DNA of 62,132 bases, counting the filler, from Choristocarpus tenellus KU-1152 (Eukaryota; Protista; Phaeophyceae): the NCBI GenBank assembly GCA_964200185.2. It is 11 parts of 11 records of this genome, joined end to end, with 100 filler letters (N's around TTAATTAATTAA, not from the genome) between each part and the next. Parts side by side here need not be neighbours in the genome. Positions count along the whole stretch, not along the records: positions 45,717 to 55,215 come from CAXNAD020003628.1; positions 55,316 to 62,132 come from CAXNAD020007284.1; 9 more parts are not named here. One strand, written 5' to 3'. The position numbers and the translations under genes are program-made. Under the pieces are notes generated by a model. It did not search any database and was not told the DNA's origin. It saw nothing but the letters and a program-made list of their open reading frames with translations. Positions 53,742-62,132 of this stretch are shown here, piece by piece (within the stretch, counting starts at the first letter, position 1; each line of letters starts with the position of its first letter).

Positions 53742-55171
53742 CTTTATTCTATTTGGGTTTTGAGAATCGACGAACTTAAGCAATGTAGAGTTAGTATTCA
53801 GCTCTTTCTATGTGACTTGACAGTTTTGTGGTATACCCCTAAGTAGTAGAGCAACACTCAAGCATTGTCAATTGAGAGGGGGTTTGAGAGTGTTGATAAT
53901 TGTGATGTCATCCAATTAGCATCTGATCCTTTGCTGCCTGGGGTAATGATGAACTCAGTTATAGTACACTCCTTGTTGCATCATGGTGGAATGGTGAGGA
54001 TGAACAATGTGTTAACATGTACTCCTTCTCATGTCAAGTTTTTTTTGTTCTGCTTCTATTCTGATTGGCTACTGACTCTCCCTCGTCAACATTCAAGCAG
54101 GTCTATGAATTGGTGCCAGATGTAAATGTATCCAGGGGTGCCGGGGGTGGCCTGGGGAACCAGCCCTTACCTGCAGGGAGCAACCTCACCAAACGTGCTG
54201 CTATGAGGTGTGTCCCAATCTGCAACTGCTATTGTGCTCTACTATTGTTATCACTGATTATTGTTATCACATTGATTTTATAGTCGCGAGCAGCATGGAG
54301 AGTGGGCAGGGGCAGGTTATGAGATTGCAACTCCTTGGCCATATTTCTTTTTTCAGTTGGTTCTCTGTGCTGCTTCTCCTGTTTTTACCGTTAGTTGGTC
54401 ATATTTAGCAATCTGAACTTATTTATTATTTTATTGGGGATGGTACTGGGCAGGAGACTGAGAAGGAGACTGAGAAGTGAACAAATTCTTGTTTCCTTAT
54501 TTAAAAAAAATGTTAGCCATTGGTATACTTTGTTGCCAGTAGGTTGCTTGTCCTGACACAAAATCGATGTATAATTATCATTAAACCATTCCAAGTAGAT
54601 GTCTTCTAAAACTATTTTTAGGAAGGAAAGGTTAGCAATATTCTCCCAAGTAGTTTTTTAATGGTCAGCTTGGTTGTACCTAGGATTTTTCCAGCTTAGT
54701 TCTTGCATGCAGAAATCTATTATTTTGTTGTTGTTGGGGACAGGCTGATATTTGTTTTTGGTTATGGTGGGTGGCACCGAAAGACGATATTTGTTTTATA
54801 GATATCTTCCCTTCCTAAGTACTGGGATGGCGTGTTGGTTTTCCGCTAACAAGAATTTGTGGTAAGTATAAAAATAGGAATAGATATCTAAAAATGATAG
54901 ATGGATACTATTGTAATAGCGATGTTGATGCGACAGTTACTATTGTTAGCGTTTATGTATTGAAAGGTTCATGTGGGAAAAATGATCCTCGTATTACTCA
55001 AGATATTGGTCCCAGTAGTATGAACTTGTGCTAATTTCAAGTCTCTTATACTTTAGGATGGTACAAGATAACTCAAGGTCTTGGGTTAGGAATGATTTTT
55101 GCAATCAAAGAGGACCCCATGCTGCTGGCATCAAATAGTACAAAGGAAGAGTTGGAAATTCGAAGGTTACA

Positions 55172-55215
55172 GAGCCAAAGTATCTTAGAGGGTAGAGCCG
55201 TGTCCATTTGGGGGC
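55172..55215 (+). mobile_element. MITE family A left end at contig break
   Basis: GAGCCAAAGTATCTTAGAGGGTAGAGCCGTGTCCATTTGGGG. Confidence 0.8.
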
Positions 55216-55315
55216 NNNNNNNNNNNNNNNNNNNNNNNNNNNNNNNNNNNNNNNNNNNNTTAATTAATTAANNNNNNNNNNNNNNNNNNNNNNNNNNNNN
55301 NNNNNNNNNNNNNNN

Positions 55316-55445
55316 TACATTTTATGGGGTATTGTATGTATACATTTTATGGGGTATTCTGTGGTATACATTTTATGGGGTATTGTATGTATACATTTTA
55401 TGGGGTATTCTGTGGTATACATTTTATGGGGTATTCTATGGTATA
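55316..55445 (+). repeat. 25/26-bp alternating tandem repeat (51-bp higher-order unit)
   Basis: tacattttatggggtattgtatgta / tacattttatggggtattctgtggta. Confidence 0.88.
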
Positions 55446-55745
55446 CTCTTCGGGAGCATTTCTGACGCATGCACACATATTTCATTTCACACTACCCACC
55501 AAAACCAAACTTGAAACAAATATTCTACCATGCCCCACATTAAGAGTGAGCATGCATGGTGTACTGAGCTAAATATATATATATATATATCAATAGCATG
55601 AGTTGTAGGAACCTCTATCCCAACATTTTGAAAGGGAGGAAGGCTCTACAATATGAACAAATTGAACAATGCATGGGCAGGTTGGGGTGCAGGGATGGAT
55701 TTCGCAAGCAAAGTGTGAGGAAAACACTGAGCATGAGTCTGTCAC

Positions 55746-58700
55746 CATGATCATCTGAGAGTGGCGCCTCTGCCAGGCCTGCCTGCGCCGCAAAGCAGGT
55801 GGATGGCATCCAATTCCTCATGGCCTCCAGCATGGCCTGCTCAGCACTTCCAAACAGGGCGCTGATGCGACATCGAACACACTTGTATCCCTCTTTAGAT
55901 CTGCGAATTGCCTCGGCCTCCTCTGAACTGATTCCCATACACACACCATGATAGCCCTCTGTGCAACTCACACATTCCACCAGAAAACCCTGATCATCAC
56001 CAGGTCGAGTGCAGATACAATAGCTGCAAGTGGCCTGCTTGAGGACACGGACTTCCTCTGACAAGTTGACACGGATGGAGGTAGCCTCAGGGATTAGGGC
56101 TTTGAGCTCAGTAATGCTGGCTGTGCCCTTTTCTATGCCTGTCTTCTTCACTCTCTGAAGCCACTTGGTTGCAACTTTCAAATGCTGCTTAAGCTCTTTC
56201 AGCTTACCCCCACAGACCTTGATAATGGATAGCATAGGACAATACAGAAAAAGGGAAATAATCACCAGGGGGCCCTGTATTCATATATTCCATAGTCTGT
56301 TGGGGGGGGTCCTATCAGTGCCTCAACAGTCACTATTATGATTTCACACATTGAAGAACATCTCAATGCCCCGTTTCACTAATGCACTTAAGGGAACCAC
56401 CGAGTGCAACATGATAAAACATTATACACTTTTCTCATGTGAGAATATTCACCTACACTGTGATATCTCTCACCTTAATTTTCTCCCCCTCCAACACAAT
56501 TTTCTTGAGTACATTGAAGAAACATTTCTCATTGCCGTACAGGGCAGCATCAGCCTTAGCCAGCCACCCCCGTCCACGTGCAAGCTCTGCCTTCATCTTC
56601 TTTGCCAGGTCCTCATTCTCCATCCCCAATTGCTGGGCTGAATGCAAGGCAGTCTCAAGGTCTTCCACCTTCACATGATCTCGCCCCAGAAGATCTTTAG
56701 CCCACACAACCCACGTCTCTGCATGTTCAAGCTTTTCCTTAATTGCCTGCACTTTTGCCTTGTAGCATTTTATCACAGTCTGTAGCGCATCCACAATGGC
56801 AGGTGTGAGAGCTGCTGCCTCGAGGCCCTTTCCCATTTCCACAGTTGTCAGGTCACAGACACCTTCACCAACCTTGACTATCTCCTTTGCCTGGGTAAGC
56901 TGGAAGCCTTCCTCCATGTATGAAACACTTTCCCGAACTTTCCTGTTGAGGTGGAAGGCAAGGCACAAGGGGGGTTAACAAACACATGAAACATTCAACA
57001 TGCACCTTGAGTCGTACTCCGTCACTGTCCAAAATCCGTAAACATTAACAACCACCGTCATAACAGCAGACCTAAAGGCAGTAGCAATCAAGTGAATTGG
57101 TTAAATTTGAGGTGGTACCGTCAGACAAATCCTGACAATCAAGAGCTGTCGATTGGGTGTATACATGTGTGGTCTGATATCTCATTACAAGTTACCTGCA
57201 TAAGGTTTACAGGCTCTTGGATGGCGTGAGAAGGAAGGTAGTGTCTCTCTCTCTCTACCACTCTTACCATTCAAAATGGTATTCAACCCAGCAAGTACTA
57301 CAATGGGAACTCATCTACCACCTGCAAGGCCTTTCAGTCATAATCTACTCCAAAACAGTGATCGTTCATTTCACCTCTCACCTACTCCACTGCATTATCT
57401 CCACAACTCTTTCTGCAACCATCTCCTCAGGCATGAACACATTGATTTCCCTCGCCCTCTCGAGTAGTTGGGTAAGTTCTCCAGCATTGGCCTCCTCGGC
57501 CTCATCCAGCTCCTCCTCCTTGTCAGCCCTACTCTCCTCCTCCCTATCACAATCATCCTCACCTATCAATCTGTGATCACTCACAGAGCTGGCTTCTCCC
57601 CGCACACTATCTCCATCAACTGACTCTATTCTAATTGTACTATTCCTGCCATTGAGCGCAGCGCTTGCATCTTTGTGTCTCCTACCTTCACTATTAACAG
57701 CAATGCCTCCCTTTCCTATCAAAGAGGCGGCCACAGATGGACTGCTGTAACAACCTTTGTTTCCAGTTGTGTTGTAGTCCACTGGATCGTTGTTCCCCTC
57801 AACCAATGACAAACCCGTATCAGGGGTCGACTCTTCTTTGCTCTCACCGGCATCATCTCCATCTTGCTGCCACAACTCCATCCGTTGCATTGCCTGATGT
57901 GCTAGTGACCGTGTCACAGTTTCAAGAACTGATTGGGCCTTCATTTGCCAAGATGATGCCACTGTGTTGTGGTCCCTTACACGTGATACCTCCTCATCTA
58001 TGTTCACCGGAAATGCCAACCCCTCAGCAATCAATTCCTCAAGTTGGGCAAAAGTGGGTTTGTTGCTAGGCTGAACATGTCGCTTGCTTTGGCGACGTGG
58101 ACACAAAGCCTGACATTGCTCAGTCCAATCATTAATTCGAGTCATGAGCGCCCGCATCTCCCTCACCTCCTTCAAACTGCGTCCAACAGAGAGCTTCTCT
58201 GCGGCATATACGCATGAGGACAGGTCATGCTGGGAAATCTTGGTGGAGTCTTCCGGTGGTTGTTCACCATCTTCTTCATCATCCTCCCCATCCGAGTTCC
58301 TTTCGGACATATCTGAATCAGAATTTTGCTTTCCATTCCCAGCATTACTCTCTTGGTCTCTAGGAAGAGTGGAAGGGGACAACATTGCAACACTCTCAGT
58401 TGATCTTTTTGATAGAATATCTGGAATTTCAATGCTGCTGTTCAGCCCAAGAACACGTAGCAAAGTCCTGTTTGTAGTGAACCAGTCGTGAACCTCCCGC
58501 ACACTGCTCTCTATAGCATCGGCCTGATAGACACAAGGGTGAGCAAAGACTGTAAGAAACACTCACAAGTAGACAAGCTTCAACCTTACTCGGTCATGAC
58601 TGGATTCATCTTCCTTAAGTGTCATGAACATCATAAGGTACTACCCGTAATCCATTCAAACAACTGGAAAACCAGATCATCTCTTAAAATAAACCTCAAA

Positions 58701-61700
58701 TAAATAAAATAATAATAAAAACTCCTCACTTAACAGGCAGCAACAACACATACCTCCGGCGACAGGTTCACATTGATTGATGCGGCTTCCATCAATAAAA
58801 CCTGAGGCTCCTCAAGACCCATAGGACGTCCCGCTTGCATGTCGGCAATAGCTTTCTTTGCCTTATCTTTCCACGCCAATCCTGCATCAAGAAGTCCTTG
58901 GAGAGCACTTGCATCAAGCACATCAAACACCTGATGACTCCTAGCATCTTTAGGAAAGGCTTTCCGGAGCTCCTCTCCCTATATGGTCAAGGGAAAAAAA
59001 TAAGTAAGGGTTTCATTAAAACAACATGAGGACTTTGTAAATAAGGCATTAAGGACAACCATCAAAACGAATGTAGACCTTAAGCACAGCTACACCTTCT
59101 CACCTCCTTTGCAAGATCTTTGAGATATTTCAGGGTTGCAGGAGTGCCAGTGAGAGTCTCATCCACACGTAGACGCCATTGCCGAGCCTTTATCCCTACA
59201 GTAAGCAGCTGCTGTTCATCCATGGTCACTGGTATACTCTCAGCTTCTGCAAGTAACGCTCCAAGTGATTCAAGAGTAGCAGATTCGCCTGACTCAAGGA
59301 CCTCCCTTACCCTGCCCATCCACTCCTCAGCACTCTCAATAAGGTTGTTGGTATGGCTGAACTCCTTGAGGTCCATCTCAACACCCGTTGTGGGGAACTG
59401 GTTCAGCAAGCTCTTTACATGACTTAGGTCCACCTGCTATAGTGCGTTGAATAGTTGGCAACCAAGGTATCAAGGTTTTGGTAAAATTCTACATGGCATT
59501 TCCAGCAACATGGACACCAACAAGTACCATACCCTATGTCAATGGTGCTTATATACCGACAAGTATTTCCTGCGCAAACAAGGGAAAGTGTGACATGCGG
59601 TCACTGAAAGAGTCACTGAAAGAGTCACTGAAAGAGTCACTCAAACAGTGTACAAGCCTCCAAGCCTGGCCAGGAATTCAACTGGATACAAAAATTGCGT
59701 TCAAAGCTTGAAATCTTTTTCAAGTTAAATCTTTTTCAAGTTAAATCTTTTTCAAGTTAAATCTTTTTCTCCCCAGTGGTATACACCTGTGTGTGTGTGT
59801 CAGTGCACAACTGCTAAAGAAATTAGAGCACAAGACAGGTGTGCTGTTGCTGATATCATGCCTGCTGGACTGGCCCTCTTTGTAATAGCAGAATACAAGG
59901 GAATACCAACAGAGTTCACAATCCAACTCAAAAGCAACAGCCCAACAGGACGCCCACATCTTCATGTAAGTGCAAATGTTTGTGCAGCATTTTCGAAAGA
60001 CTTTTTATTACCCTAACCCTATTAAGATTTCAAAAACAAATCATTATTGTAGCAGAGTCTTGAACATACTAGTAGTATGAAACAGTTAACCAGCATACAC
60101 TGGTATGTGTTGACCTCAAAATCAACATGCAATCCTATTTTCAGACACCACCGCATGCTGCCTCTTTCAGCACAACTTCTTTCTCCCAGACTGGCTCTCA
60201 TTGGGAAGTCCTAACAGAAAATAGAGCAGGAGGAGACTGCGAGATTTAGAGCATTTGGGGGTTCTGTACCAATTGTATTGGGGCTTACGCATGCCCCTAG
60301 GATGGACAAGTTCAAGAACACAGTAGCAACACTACCACCATGCATTTCATCCCAGACAGTACATACAACTGTTGATCGTGATGGCAGTATGTAGAACTCC
60401 TAACCTTGACTCGGAGCACTCTTAACTTTTGGTAAAACCACGCATGCCATGTCAAAAAAAAAATCAAGAAAACTATGCAGGCTCAAATTAGTGCTCACCG
60501 GTTGGATAGGAAAAAGAAGAAATAAAAGTAACAAAAATGTGTCACACCTTATCTTGAAAAAAAACAAAACAAGAGCACATCTGGTCAAAAAATAGAGTTG
60601 TGGAATTGAGATTTCAGTAAACAGCAAGCCATTGCACCAACACCGTAGAAAAAATAAATAAACAGGGGCTCTCTGTAGGCCACCGCCAAATCTGACCTTG
60701 TCTGTGTCCATGTCTGAAGCATTCCTGCGAGTTGCCCTCTGTCTTGGTACTGCCTTCCTGACCTTCTCCAACCATGCCAACGCCTTCTCCATCTTGACTT
60801 GCAGATCCGCCAGCTTGGGGCCTGGGTCGATAGGTAGTGCTGCAGCCTCACTCAAAAGTGCCTGCAAGTCTCGCAGAACTACAGAGCCATCCAGAGCAAT
60901 GCTTGCCCTTTTTGACCACTCCTGAGTATTGCGTAGGTGTGATTGAAGTATGCGTACCTCTGGAAACCCAATTCCCAGCACCTTCACCTTTTCCAAGAGA
61001 GATTCAGCCTGGTAATTGCATCAAAGAACCAGAATTTAAAAAAGGATTGAGGATCACAAAAGGATAGAAGATAGCACAGAATAACTCAGCAAGCATTCCA
61101 TGGCTCGATGCCCCATTACACTTTTTTTCATAGATTGCGACCATGGCCAGGTTATTGGAGGGGGGTACATTTAACACATATAATGTACTGAGGTCCTACT
61201 TGTTTAGAAAGTGTTCCTGTATAAAATAACAATTAACAATAACAATATGAAGAAGAAGAACATTATGCTTCAATGAACACATTGGAAGTAGAAATATGTA
61301 GCGGCACACCATATAAGCTGCATTTTCAGTTGAGGGTTTTTTCAATTATGTCCAAGGATGTTCTGCCTCACCTCTACTCGATCAAGCTCCACTACACCTA
61401 CATCAGCAGGAAAAATACAACTCTACACACTAAGAAATGACTCAAAAAAATAACTCATTCCTATTTTTTGAAGGGTGCTTACACCTATGGAACTGGATTG
61501 CCTCACCATGGACAGAGCAATCTTCGGACGGCTGCGTCGACCCAATGGGAAGGACTCTCGGATGCGAGCAGCAAGGGACGTCGCACCTGCCACAAACAAA
61601 GTAAGTACACCATTGCATAAGGAGTTACTGATATATCCTCAATCTTCATTGCTGTGAACAAGAAGCATCAGGAGAGAACTAGACGGGGATGTCAAGTCAA

Positions 61701-62079
61701 ACAAGAAAATTAATGTGGAGACCTTCGAGGCAAAACACGATAATGAGGCTGACTCCCTTTGTACGGATGTGCAGGCGTTTTACTCTGCCCCCATACTCAC
61801 TTTGGAGTTTGTCTTGGATGTCTTTCTTCTGATGGAAACACACTGGAATGACTTCTGCCTTATCCAAAAGATCCTTTACTTTCGCAAGGGGAATGTACTC
61901 CTGGCCACGACTACTCCTCGACCTCAGAGATGCATTGAGAGCATCAAGCATTTCATCGCTTCTGTGTTGCCAGTCCACAGCCGAAGCAATGATCCTACCC
62001 AAATGTTCTGCCTCAGAGACACGAACAGGGAGGCTGTTTGAATCATGGAGTAGTTTCTGAAGCTCACCCAGGCCCACAC
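55746..62079 (-). CDS. KDM5/JARID1-like chromatin protein, part with PLU-1-like helical repeats and a PHD finger; exons 61801-62079, 61507-61586, 60697-61008, 59104-59433, 58754-58978, 57382-58523, 56474-56942, ~55746-56217
   Basis: Phase-consistent GT-AG exons; recurring W..+A...L....L..LL.EA..IPV repeats; C4HC3 PHD YCIC...VECVSCTEGYHGVC...YKCVRC; JmjC domain not in window; last exon end uncertain. Confidence 0.8.
59600..59768 (+). repeat. Intronic tandem repeats: 12-bp GTCACTGAAAGA x3.5 and 16-bp AAATCTTTTTCAAGTT x3.5
   Basis: Direct inspection. Confidence 0.85.
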
Positions 62080-62089
62080 CTGCAAACCC

Positions 62090-62120
<31 letters not shown>

Positions 62121-62132
62121 ACCCACGCAAAA

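Overview
This is not a prokaryotic region. It is 11 short eukaryotic nuclear contigs joined by artificial 100-nt linkers (Ns around TTAATTAATTAA), so adjacency across linkers means nothing. The intron style, TTAGGG-type repeats and TE content suggest a stramenopile alga such as a brown alga or relative (inference). Recognisable host genes, all spliced and partial, are propionyl-CoA carboxylase alpha (4 exons, one GC-AG intron), an adenylate/UMP-CMP kinase, and a KDM5/PLU-1-like PHD-finger protein (8 exons). The rest is mostly decayed Copia, Gypsy and LINE remnants plus about 23 copies or fragments of two related MITE families with GRSYCAAAGTATCT termini and 3(-4)-bp non-specific TSDs. The most unusual element is a ~950-bp AT-rich mosaic of three fused Rickettsiales-like gene fragments at 24268-25215: PBP2/mrdA, an IS5-family transposase and a plasmid-type DnaA-like initiator. 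It sits inside a eukaryotic contig and is a candidate endosymbiont-to-nucleus DNA transfer. All family assignments are from motif recognition by eye; no database searches were run.
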